A stretch of DNA of 16,853 nt, taken from Candidatus Micrarchaeota archaeon. GTDB taxonomy: Archaea > Micrarchaeota > Micrarchaeia > Norongarragalinales > Norongarragalinaceae. Position numbers and translations under genes: made by a program. This document shows, in pieces, positions 1 through 7,832 of the stretch (its first letter is position 1; each line of letters begins with the position of its first letter). The stretch covers positions 1-16,853 of the forward strand of contig JBBIMI010000019.1 of NCBI GenBank assembly GCA_037444485.1, read 5' to 3'. The notes under the pieces are model-generated. The model did no database searches, was not told the origin of the DNA, and worked only from the letters and a program-made list of their open reading frames with translations.

Positions 1-270
1 ATACTATTTAATTGGTTTAGAACCTCGCTCTTCATACAAAGTGAAGAAGAGCAAAAGAAATTGTGTGAAACTTTATAAAACAATAAAATGCTGAGGGTTA
101 AAAAAAACTTAAAGTCAAGCGAAAAAAAAAGCGGAAAAAGAATGGAAAAAAAGAAATTAAAGAAACTAAAAAAAGAAATTAAAGAAAAACTTTAAAATAA
201 AGAAAAACTTTAAAAGAAGTTGTTGCTTTATTACCGCAAGCAATTTTTTTCGAGAGCGAGGTGATTTTTA

Positions 271-873
271 ATGCCTGGAAAAATACTTGAAGAGCTTCAA
301 GCACGGATTAATGCACTTAGAGAAGCTCGCGAACCGCCGCCTATACCGCAACAAGTTTTATCAACTTACAGGATTGCGGTTAGAGAGCTCCAAAAAGAAC
401 ACGAATTTCTTCCTGAAGACAAGTGGGCTATTGAAGATAAAAGTGTTCATAACGTTATCGAAAAAAATTTTCAAAGAGAAGGAAATGAAATTGGGCCTTA
501 TGAATTTAGTATAGTAAAAGCGGTAAGAGCTGCTGTAGAATACGCGAGAAAAAATAATTTCAACCTATTCATCCCCCGCAGGGCAGTATTCTTTGCTATA
601 CTAAGAGATGAGATTTTTTTAGAAAAAGCTATTAGTGGAAGACCTGTTGAAGAACAAAAAAAGGCCATTCATTATCTGTTGAATGCGGCTATGAGTCTCC
701 ATAAAGAAACTCCTAGCAAATGGTATGCTGCTACAGACGTGGAACATTTACTCAATTTTTTGGAAAATAATAAAAAACTCGTAGAAAAAGTAGTTTACGA
801 TAAAGTATTAGACTATGCTGAAAAACAAATTCTTCAAGAATTGATGAAAAGAGAACAAGAACAGAAAAAATAG
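271..873 (+). CDS. Hypothetical protein (200 aa, charged, probably helical), AT-rich orphan
   Basis: ATG preceded by GAGGTGA Shine-Dalgarno (258-264) and by duplicated GAAAAACTTTAAAA BRE/TATA-like motifs (~184-215). Long open frame; no recognisable motif. Confidence 0.8.
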   Translation: MPGKILEELQARINALREAREPPPIPQQVLSTYRIAVRELQKEHEFLPEDKWAIEDKSVHNVIEKNFQREGNEIGPYEFSIVKAVRAAVEYARKNNFNLFIPRRAVFFAILRDEIFLEKAISGRPVEEQKKAIHYLLNAAMSLHKETPSKWYAATDVEHLLNFLENNKKLVEKVVYDKVLDYAEKQILQELMKREQEQKK

Positions 874-940
874 GAACAAAAAGTGGAAGACTTGTTGAAG
901 GGAAAAAAGAGGTCGTAGGGAAAGCGTTAAAGCGTTTGAG

Positions 941-1013
941 TGCGGTCGCCGGGATTTGAACCCGGGTCTCAGCCTTGGCAAGGCCGTGTCCTACCAGACT
1001 GGACTACAACCGC
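941..1013 (-). tRNA. tRNA-Gly (anticodon GCC), intronless, no encoded CCA
   Basis: Reverse complement is GCGGTTG TA GTCCAGTCTGGTAGGAC A CGGCC TTGCCAA GGCTG AGAC CCGGG TTCAAAT CCCGG CGACCGC A, a complete cloverleaf. Confidence 0.97.
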
Positions 1014-1086
1014 GATTAGGTCGCCAACAAATAGCTTTTTGCTGGAACGCTTTCTTAAGCGTTTTCCCGCTTATTTTTTCTTGTAG

Positions 1087-1701
1087 TTATTTTTTCTTGT
1101 AGTACTTGGCTGGCGTTTCAAGCAAACCGCGTTCAAGCGGTTTTCTCTCGCCGCGCTTCGCCAACCAAACCAACGCTATTGCGACTAGCGCAAGCGCCGC
1201 GAGGGCGGGAACCAAGTACTGTTCGAGCCCTGAAGTAGTCGGGATGAAAGTCGTGGGCGGCGATTCGACGGTGAGTTCGATTGGTTGACGCAATTCGTTC
1301 TTGCCAGCCATCACTACCATCATTCCCTTGTAAGTGCCGGGAATGCTTGGCTTGCTGAAGCTGAAAACGATTTCCTTGACAGTTCCCTGTGGAAGCTTGA
1401 AAAACTGCGTTTCCGCTTTCTCTCCGCCTAAGTTCGCGCTCGCGTTCGCATCGTCGAAGTTGATTGTACCTGTATTCTTGATTTTTATGGAGAATGAAAC
1501 GGATATTCCGTGTTCTTGAAAACTCGTTGAAACTATTGTTAAACGCTCGAACGCCGCGTTGTTTGCTGCGTGAAGGAAAGGCGTGGTTGTGCTCGCGAGG
1601 AATGCGAGTATTGCGAGCGCAGCGAAAAACGATTCAGTGAAAAACAATTTCTTGTCAGCCTTCATTTCGAGTTTCCCTTCATTTCGAGTTTTTTCCTTCA
1701 T
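1087..1701 (-). CDS. Secreted, C-terminally membrane-anchored surface protein with a CARDB/Ig-like beta domain
   Basis: N-terminal basic plus hydrophobic signal-like segment. 'IKIKNTG...PGTY' Ig/CARDB-like pattern, Pro/Thr linker, then a TM helix followed by a basic tail. Confidence 0.75.
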   Translation of the reverse strand: MKEKTRNEGKLEMKADKKLFFTESFFAALAILAFLASTTTPFLHAANNAAFERLTIVSTSFQEHGISVSFSIKIKNTGTINFDDANASANLGGEKAETQFFKLPQGTVKEIVFSFSKPSIPGTYKGMMVVMAGKNELRQPIELTVESPPTTFIPTTSGLEQYLVPALAALALVAIALVWLAKRGERKPLERGLLETPAKYYKKK

Positions 1702-1702
1702 T

Positions 1703-2489
1703 TCAATCTAGTTTTTCTTTTGTTTTTTCCTCGCGCTTGCGCAACTCTTTTTTCAATAAATAAATGATTCCAGAATCTTTTTTTGAAGGGCGTTTTCCTG
1801 CGCGGTACGCTTCGACGAAAGCGTTCACCACGCGCGGGTCGAACTGCATTCCGCTTTCTTTTTCTAATTCGGCTAACGCTTCTTTTTTAGTTAAGCTTTT
1901 CTTGCCTATTTTTTTTTAGCCTGTAATCGCGTTCGCTAGTCATCGCGTGGAAGGCGTCTGCGACAGCGATTATTCTGGCCGCTAAAGGGATTTCCTCGCC
2001 TTTTTTTCCGAAAGGATACCCTTGCCCGTCCCAACGCTCGTGATGGTGTATTACTGCTTCCGCGACTGCGATAGCGTAATCGCTTCCAAAGGATTTTATC
2101 TCGTTAGCACTCAACACTGGGTGTTCCTTGGCTGACTCCAAGTCTTCCTCAGAGAACAACTCTTTCTTTGCAAACAAGTCACGCAAGGGCAGTTTTCCAA
2201 CGTCGTGGACTAAAGCAGCGACTTCAACGAACTCGCGCGAGTCGAAATGCTTTAAATGCTTTAACGAGTCGCTTAAGTGAATGTCGTGGACAAGCCCGCT
2301 TAACACGATAATGTTTTTTTCCCACGGCTCTAAACGCATTTGGTTCGCGATGAATTTCGCTAAGCGGGCAACTTCGAAAGAATGCTTGCGCGTGTAAGAT
2401 TCTGGACCGAACTCAACGAATTTCTGGACAACAAATTTCTGAACAATATCTTTGACGATGTTAAACGCTGGATTCGTCTTACTATGCAA
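1703..2489 (-). pseudogene. HD-GYP family metal-dependent phosphohydrolase, split by one extra base in an A9 tract (1909-1917)
   Basis: Motifs YTRKHS..V, HDVGK, HP, HHERWDGQGYP and IPLAARIIAVAD. Removing one A restores IGKKSLTKKEALAELEKESGMQFDPRVVNAF...KLD*, the canonical C-terminus, ending at 1703 next to the following ATG at 1701. GGAGG RBS at 2500-2504. Confidence 0.88.
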
Positions 2490-2669
2490 GTCAAGTCAAC
2501 CTCCTAAAAAAAAATTATTAAACAAACGAAAACAGTATTAAAAAACGCTTTGGCAAGAGTAGCGAAGAAGACAAGCGAAACAAGTAAAGCATTGGACTAA
2601 CAAAGCAGGAACAAATAAAGAGGAACGAACAAAGCAAAACAAGTAGTGTGAGGACAAGCGAAGCAGAGC

Positions 2670-2729
2670 GAACAAAGCGGGGACGAACAAAGCAGGGAAG
2701 AACAAAGCAGGAATGAACAAAGCGAGGAA
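2670..2729. repeat. Four imperfect tandem copies of a 15-bp unit GAACAAAGC(A/G)N5 in an intergenic tract
   Basis: GAACAAAGCGGGGAC / GAACAAAGCAGGGAA / GAACAAAGCAGGAAT / GAACAAAGCGAGGAA, with more degenerate AACAAAGC copies upstream (2599-2635). Confidence 0.85.
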
Positions 2730-2772
2730 TAAGCAAGGGCTGCAAGCCTTTTGCTTCAAGCTGCTTCTGCGC

Positions 2773-3360
2773 CTAGTCGTTAAACGTTTCGCTGAACGTT
2801 TGCGTTTCGTAAACAAAGAATTCTGCGCCGCGCCAGCCGTTTGCAGGCAAGCCTGCTTTCAACGCCAAGTGCTCCAGAAACTCGCGCTTGTCGGGCAGTT
2901 GTTTCCAAACTTGCGGCAGGAAAGTCGCCGTTCGCCCGCGCGATCGCAGCAACACGCCCCGCTCGCGCGAGATTTTTTCCAACAATTCTTTCTCGTTAGA
3001 GTATGCTACTGGCTTCAACTCGCTCAACACGCTGATTTCGATCTCGACGCGCTTCAACTCTGCTTTCGACAACGGCGGAAAACGCGGGTCGAAAGCGCCA
3101 GCGCGCACAGCGTTTTCGACGATGTTCTTCCACAACGGCGCTTGCGCTTCAAGGCAACCAATGCACCCGCGTAGTTCGCGCGTGTCACGCAAGTGCAGCG
3201 AAACGAAAACCGCCCGTTTTTCAAAAAATTTTTTTGGAAGTGTTTTCACGATGCTTTCTTCAACGAGCGGCCTGCTGTCGAGAAAGTTTTCCAACGCGTT
3301 GCGCGCGAGCGCCAACGCAGTCTTCTGTTCACTCTCGTTCAAGAAAAACAAATTTTTCAA
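2773..3360 (-). CDS. amrA: AmmeMemoRadiSam system protein A (AMMECR1 family)
   Basis: AVFVSL...LRGCIG signature, DPRFPP, IEISVLS and ATFLPQVW...FL..L..KAG. Confidence 0.95.
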   Translation of the reverse strand: MKNLFFLNESEQKTALALARNALENFLDSRPLVEESIVKTLPKKFFEKRAVFVSLHLRDTRELRGCIGCLEAQAPLWKNIVENAVRAGAFDPRFPPLSKAELKRVEIEISVLSELKPVAYSNEKELLEKISRERGVLLRSRGRTATFLPQVWKQLPDKREFLEHLALKAGLPANGWRGAEFFVYETQTFSETFND

Positions 3361-3398
3361 CTCGAAACCAAATTTTTTAAGTCAAATTTTTTTTCAAG

Positions 3399-4244
3399 TT
3401 ACTCGAAAAACGCGTAGCAGCCGTACCCGACTACAGCTGTCTTGTCGCCTGCAGTGTCGCCTGAATTACGGTAATCGAGAAACTCGCCGTGCCAGCCTAG
3501 CTTTTTCGCGCAATGCATTAAAGCGAGAATCGCGGTCTTGCCGCAAGCTTCCACGCTTTGCGCTGCCTGCAACTCTAAAGCCGGAATGCTTTTGTTTGCG
3601 AGCGCGTCTAACGCGCGCGCTTGCTCGTAAGAGTGGTAGTGACTCAAGTCGCTTGACGCGATTATTATCGTGCGGTCGTCGCCGGCGATGGTTGCGGTAG
3701 CAAGCGCGTCACCCAACGCGTTGGGCGAGACTTCGCTTGTGAGCAAGCCAGCGAACTCGAATTTCTCGAGTGTCGTCTGCAGGAACGGCAATTGTACTTC
3801 TAGGCAGTGTTCTCGTGCGTGTGCTTCACGCGACGCGACCACGAATTGCGAGAAAGCGTTTTCTCCGCGCAGCGATAATGCTTTGACGCTGCCGAGTGGC
3901 GTAACCCATTCGCTGCAGTCCGGCTCCGCGACGCCTTGAAACAACGCGTAATGTGACGGCCCAACGCAAACTACTTTACTGACCGGGTTTTTTCCCGCGC
4001 GTTCTCGCTCGCGCAAGAGCGCGTAACCGAATCCAGCCGTAGGTCCTGAGTAAGGATAGCCGGCATGGGGTGAGACGATTGCCTTCAGTGAAGACGCGCG
4101 TTTCAAGATTTTTTGCTGGAGATTCGCGTTAGAGACAAGATTTTCTACAGTCTCGCGTAATTGTTTTGCGTCTTCCGGGTAGAAAACGCCTGCCACTGCA
4201 GGCATTCTTGGTTTACTCCTTGTTTCAAGCGGCACTTTAATCAA
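3399..4244 (-). CDS. amrB: AmmeMemoRadiSam system protein B (MEMO1 family)
   Basis: PAVAGVFYP, PHAGYPYSG, GPSH, EHCLEVQLPFLQ, ASSDLSHY, ACG, and NSGD...VVGY. Confidence 0.95.
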   Translation of the reverse strand: MIKVPLETRSKPRMPAVAGVFYPEDAKQLRETVENLVSNANLQQKILKRASSLKAIVSPHAGYPYSGPTAGFGYALLRERERAGKNPVSKVVCVGPSHYALFQGVAEPDCSEWVTPLGSVKALSLRGENAFSQFVVASREAHAREHCLEVQLPFLQTTLEKFEFAGLLTSEVSPNALGDALATATIAGDDRTIIIASSDLSHYHSYEQARALDALANKSIPALELQAAQSVEACGKTAILALMHCAKKLGWHGEFLDYRNSGDTAGDKTAVVGYGCYAFFE

Positions 4245-4439
4245 CTCGCTTAATAAACTCGCTTTTTTTCACGCGAATTCAATGTTTTTGTGTTTTTTGG
4301 TTTTGCTGGTTTTTTTGATTGTTTTCATAGAGTGTTGCACGCCTCCAGCGAGTTTAGGTTATGCTAACCCGCTCACGAAAAGATTGGGTGGAAACGAATT
4401 TAATACGTTTTACTTTCAGGGCTAGTAGAACTTTCGGGG

Positions 4440-4931
4440 TTAATAGAATTTCTGCATTTCCGAGAAGAGGCGACCTAAATTGTCGCTTTTCGATACTAAA
4501 ATAAACCTGTTTATTGAAACTGCGCGGTATTTACGCGCTTGGTTTTTTTTGTTCGTGAAACACTCTCCTAGTTCTAAAACTTTCGACGCAGGAATCCAAT
4601 ACCAATTGTTGAAGTGACTAACCTCGCTTGAAAACGCGTACCATACTTGCAAGTTGAAATAATTTCGTAGATTGCAGTATTGCTTAGTCTCACGCTCGTC
4701 AATATAAAATTGTTCGTACTTTATGGCAGGTTTTTTGTACTCGACGTCAACAAGCATGAAACCAACGCAGGGAATTAGAATCATGAAGTCTGGCCGTTTA
4801 GACACGTACTTTTTCAAAGCCTGAGAAAAACTGCTTACGTCTTGCTGAATATACCAGTAAGGAATACTGTGCTCGTCCAACCACTCTTTAAACTTTTTCT
4901 CCACCAATACCTCTTTCTCTTTTACTTCCAT
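4440..4931 (-). CDS. Putative PD-(D/E)XK-fold nuclease
   Basis: N-terminal helix E..F..WL, then KRPDF(M)IL and VDVEYK. ATG at 4931 follows a GGGGGAG RBS; the ORF track starts at GTG 4949. More AT-rich than its neighbours. Confidence 0.65.
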   Translation of the reverse strand: MEVKEKEVLVEKKFKEWLDEHSIPYWYIQQDVSSFSQALKKYVSKRPDFMILIPCVGFMLVDVEYKKPAIKYEQFYIDERETKQYCNLRNYFNLQVWYAFSSEVSHFNNWYWIPASKVLELGECFTNKKNQARKYRAVSINRFILVSKSDNLGRLFSEMQKFY

Positions 4932-4988
4932 TTCTTTTACTCCCCCCACTCTTTAAGGTAATGCAATACGCTGCTTGAAAACTAGAAT

Positions 4989-6065
4989 CTAGGTCCAGAC
5001 GCCCGGAATTTTTTCGCCGCACTTTGCGCACGCGCCGCGCTTCGCGTCAAGCGCTTCGACCCGCGATTCAAACCCAATGCGGTCAATGATTTTCGTCTTG
5101 CATTTAGGGCAGAAAGTGCCTTCTGCTTCTGGAGTGAAGACGTTGCCGACGTAAACGAACTCGAGTCCAGCGCGCAACCCGATGTCGCGCGCTTCAAGCA
5201 ACTTTTGCGGCGGGGTAGGCGGCGTGGAAAGCATTTTGTACTCTGGATAGAATGCAGTCACATGCCAAGGAATCCGCTTGTCGACGCTCGCAAGGAAACC
5301 CGCGATTTGCGCGAGTTCGTCGCGCGAGTCGTTAAAGCCTGGAATGACGAGTGTCGTGACTTCAATCCATACGCCTTTCTCGTGGAATGCGCGAATCGAG
5401 TCGAGAACTGGTTGGAGGCGGGCTTTACAAACGTCGCGGTAAAACTCTTCCCGGAATGACTTGAGGTCGATGTTGTTCGCGTCAAGCACTGGCGCGAGCG
5501 CTTCAACGCTCTCCCGAGAGTTGAAGCCGTTCGAAACGAAGACCGTCTTGAGTCCGCGCTTGCGCGCTAGTTCGAAAGTGTCACGCGCGTACTCGAACGC
5601 GATGGTTGGCTCAGTGTAAGTAAACGCGATTGACTTGCAGCCTTCCGCAAACGCGTTTTCCACGATTTGTTCAGGAGTCAAGTCGATTCCTTTTTCCGCA
5701 AGTTCGTCTAACGCGCGTGACGCTGCAACCGCGTTTTTCGCTTGCCCGCGCGCGAGGCGCGTGGCTTGCGAAATCTGCCAGTTTTGACAAAAAGCGCAAG
5801 CAAAATTGCAGCCGATGGTTGCAAGCGAGTAAATCGCTGAGCCCGGCTGGAAGTGAAACAAAGGCTTTTTCTCGATCGGGTCAACGTTCACGGCAATCGC
5901 TTTACCGTAAACAGTGAGAAACAAGCGGCCGCCTTGGTTTTTACGCACTCCGCACGCGCCGTAATTCCCGTCAACCACGCGGCAGTAATGCGCGCACGCG
6001 GTGCACTTTACAGTATTCCCGCCGAGTTTTTCGTAAAGCGCGCATTCCTTAAACAAAAAAACCAC
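4989..6065 (-). CDS. amrS: AmmeMemoRadiSam system radical SAM enzyme
   Basis: N-terminal CxxCxxxC(9x)C, DPIEKKPLFHF, radical SAM CNFACAFCQN, AFTYTEP, NIDLKSF, EVTTLVIPG, and C-terminal CPKC...CAKCG. Confidence 0.95.
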   Translation of the reverse strand: MVFLFKECALYEKLGGNTVKCTACAHYCRVVDGNYGACGVRKNQGGRLFLTVYGKAIAVNVDPIEKKPLFHFQPGSAIYSLATIGCNFACAFCQNWQISQATRLARGQAKNAVAASRALDELAEKGIDLTPEQIVENAFAEGCKSIAFTYTEPTIAFEYARDTFELARKRGLKTVFVSNGFNSRESVEALAPVLDANNIDLKSFREEFYRDVCKARLQPVLDSIRAFHEKGVWIEVTTLVIPGFNDSRDELAQIAGFLASVDKRIPWHVTAFYPEYKMLSTPPTPPQKLLEARDIGLRAGLEFVYVGNVFTPEAEGTFCPKCKTKIIDRIGFESRVEALDAKRGACAKCGEKIPGVWT

Positions 6066-6143
6066 TGGTCTAGAATAAGCGAAAACCAGGCTTTAATCCT
6101 TGCGGAATAAAGTTCACATCACGCCAGCAACCGAGAAAAAGAA

Positions 6144-6265
6144 TGCCGCAGGGGAGATTTGAACTCCCGACACATCGGTTTCCAATCCTCAAGCTTGAGA
6201 GAATTCTTCAGCTTCGTCTTCCCTCACAAGGAATCGAACGCTCTCCCAGGCTGAGCTACTGCGGC
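6144..6265 (-). tRNA. tRNA-Phe (GAA) with two introns: 30/31 (22 nt, 6234-6213) and 37/38 (26 nt, 6205-6180)
   Basis: Exons join to GCCGCAG TA GCTCAGCCTGGGAGAGC G TTCGG CTGAAGA CCGAT GTGTC GGGAG TTCAAAT CTCCC CTGCGGC A. Intron 1 forms a strict bulge-helix-bulge (CGTT/GACG helix, CG|A and AA|G bulges). Intron 2 forms a relaxed BHB. Confidence 0.92.
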
Positions 6266-6316
6266 GCAACAAAATTTTTTGTTTAAACGATTTAAAAAAT
6301 AGTTGCGTTCGACGGT

Positions 6317-6718
6317 TTAACGCTTTTTCTTTCCAGCGCGCAACAACGGGCTCAAACGCGAGAGAACCAAACCTACGAATGCGAACAACAACAACGCAAG
6401 AATCGCGGCGGCCACCACGTGACGGATTGCAGCGTAAGCTAAAACGAAGTAGAAGCAAAGCAAGAGAAGCTTGATTGTTTTAGATTCATAACCCTCTAGA
6501 GACTTGTCCGGCAAAGCGTTATGCGAGTGCGAGTAGAGGAGAGCAGCGTAAATCAAGGCGATTACCGCGTACGCTGAGAGGAAAAAGCCGACCGTGAAAC
6601 CATTTATAACGTTAATCGAGAAAATAATCGCGAAAGGAGGCAAACTGATTACAGTCAAAAGCGCGGTCGAAAACAACGCGATGAGTGTGTATGTTCGCGT
6701 GAAAATTGAGTCAACCAA
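6317..6718 (-). CDS. Hypothetical integral membrane protein (~4 TM)
   Basis: 133-aa ORF with four hydrophobic stretches and a basic C-terminus. Co-oriented with, and located between, two tRNA genes. TTG start. Confidence 0.7.
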   Translation of the reverse strand: MVDSIFTRTYTLIALFSTALLTVISLPPFAIIFSINVINGFTVGFFLSAYAVIALIYAALLYSHSHNALPDKSLEGYESKTIKLLLLCFYFVLAYAAIRHVVAAAILALLLFAFVGLVLSRLSPLLRAGKKKR

Positions 6719-6719
6719 T

Positions 6720-6888
6720 TTTTTCGCCTTTTGTTTCCCGCCTTGTTTTTCTCTTGTTTTCCCGCTTTTTTGTTTTTTTTTGTTTTTGTTTTTTTGTTGG
6801 TTTTTTTTGTTTTTGTTTTTTTTTGTTTTTGTTTTTTTGTTGGTTTGTTTTTTTTGTTTGTTTTTTGGTTGAATTTTGTTTTGGTTGA
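6720..6888. repeat. Low-complexity T(n)G tract (A(n)C on the minus strand)
   Basis: Almost only T and G over about 120 nt (6765-6885), with units such as TTTTTG and TTTTTTGTTGG. Confidence 0.85.
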
Positions 6889-6895
6889 AAGGTAG

Positions 6896-7162
6896 TGGGC
6901 CTGCGGAGAATTCCGTTGCTTTTCTCTCTAGTTTTTCTTTCCCAATTCTTTCAATCTTTTCTTTCTTTCAATGTTTTCTTTTTTTCAAGGTTTTTTCTTT
7001 TCCTAAAAGAAAAAAGCTTCTTTCTTTTCCAAGGTTTTCTTTTTTTCCAAGAAAGAAAAGCTTTTTTCCAAGGTTTTCTTTTTTTCCAAGAAAGAAAAGC
7101 TTTATCGAACTCCGGATCTTCGCTGTGTAAGAGCGACGTCTTAACCACTCGACTACAGGCCC
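6896..7162 (-). tRNA. tRNA-Val (TAC) interrupted at 59/60 (T-loop) by a 194-nt intron (7103-6910)
   Basis: 5' exon 7162-7104 is GGGCCTG TA GTCGAGTGGTTAAGAC G TCGCT CTTACAC AGCGA AGATC CGGAG TTCGAT. 3' exon 6909-6896 is T CTCCG CAGGCCC A. Acceptor and T stems pair perfectly across the gap. The junction has a TTCG/CGGA central helix, an AT|T bulge, an AT|A loop and a 12-bp intron-closing helix. Confidence 0.9.
6981..7103. repeat. 39-bp tandem duplication plus one degenerate copy inside the tRNA-Val intron
   Basis: TTTCCAAGGTTTTCTTTTTTTCCAAGAAAGAAAAGCTTT occurs with period 39 (CCAAGG at 7029 and 7068). A diverged copy lies at 6981-7020. Confidence 0.9.
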
Positions 7163-7329
7163 TTTTTGAAGTAAAACTATTTTTTCTACAGGAAACTATT
7201 TAATCCGTTCGAAAAGCGCGAAAGCACGCGCAAAAAAGGTTTAAAAACAATGTTTCCGTAATGGTTTCCGACGTTAGTTTAGTTTTTCAGAGTTTCAAAA
7301 AAAAGAGAAAAGCGGAAGGTGGTGTTGAA

Positions 7330-7749
7330 GTGCGTAGGATAGTGTGGTTCAAAATCGGCGGGAAACACTTGCACTTGCTCAAACTGGCAGGCAGTTTCTT
7401 CATCTTCGCGGCAGTACTGATGGTCGCGTTTTCCGCGTACAAGATTTTCGTGACCGTAGACAAAGCAAATTACGCGCAAGCGCGGCCGGAAACAGTGACG
7501 CAGTTGTTCGGTTGGGGTATTGGAGCGCCTTACTCGTTCAGCGGGGAAGACTTGCTTGGAGTACTGCTGCAGCCTACCGCAGAATTTCTCTTCTGGCTCG
7601 GAGTGGCTGTAGTCGCGCTGATGGCCTACCAAAGCGGGCGAGTAGTGTTTCCAATCGAAGAATACGAGCAACGCATTTCAGAACACCACAGAGAATTGAT
7701 TCGAAAAGCAGTCGAACACGCTCGCGCGCGTAAAGCCGCGCGCCGCTGA
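7330..7749 (+). CDS. Hypothetical membrane protein (2 TM)
   Basis: Two hydrophobic helices and a charged helical C-terminus. GTG at 7330 follows a GGTGGTG RBS. The TATA at 7240-7247 argues against the ORF-track ATG at 7261. Confidence 0.75.
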   Translation: MRRIVWFKIGGKHLHLLKLAGSFFIFAAVLMVAFSAYKIFVTVDKANYAQARPETVTQLFGWGIGAPYSFSGEDLLGVLLQPTAEFLFWLGVAVVALMAYQSGRVVFPIEEYEQRISEHHRELIRKAVEHARARKAARR

Positions 7750-7832
7750 AATCTTTTTCCTTTTTCTCTTTTCTTTTTCTTCCGGCTTTCTTTTTTCAAG
7801 CCGGGTTTCTTGAAAAAATTGGAAAATTCGGA

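Noticed and set aside
2..94. Possible 3' end of an upstream gene (YYLIGLEP...KC*)
   Set aside because: Only 30 codons with no motif, so it cannot be supported from this window.
2670..2729. Possible mini-CRISPR array
   Set aside because: The 9-nt cores with 6-nt gaps are far too short, and no cas genes are present.
2518..2816. ORFs with (LFxPA)n / (RFV)n repeats
   Set aside because: These are by-products of the 15-bp minisatellite, with no RBS, and one overlaps amrA.
2713..3939. Long antisense ORFs (2713-3174, 2888-3700 and similar shadow ORFs over other genes)
   Set aside because: They lie opposite well-supported conserved genes and show no motifs of their own.
6594..7203. Phe-rich and Lys-rich ORFs (6594-6872, 6706-6888, 6876-7130, 6895-7203, 6951-7148), including a possible intron-encoded protein
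   Set aside because: They are translations of low-complexity tracts overlapping tRNA-Val exons, with no homing-endonuclease or other motif.
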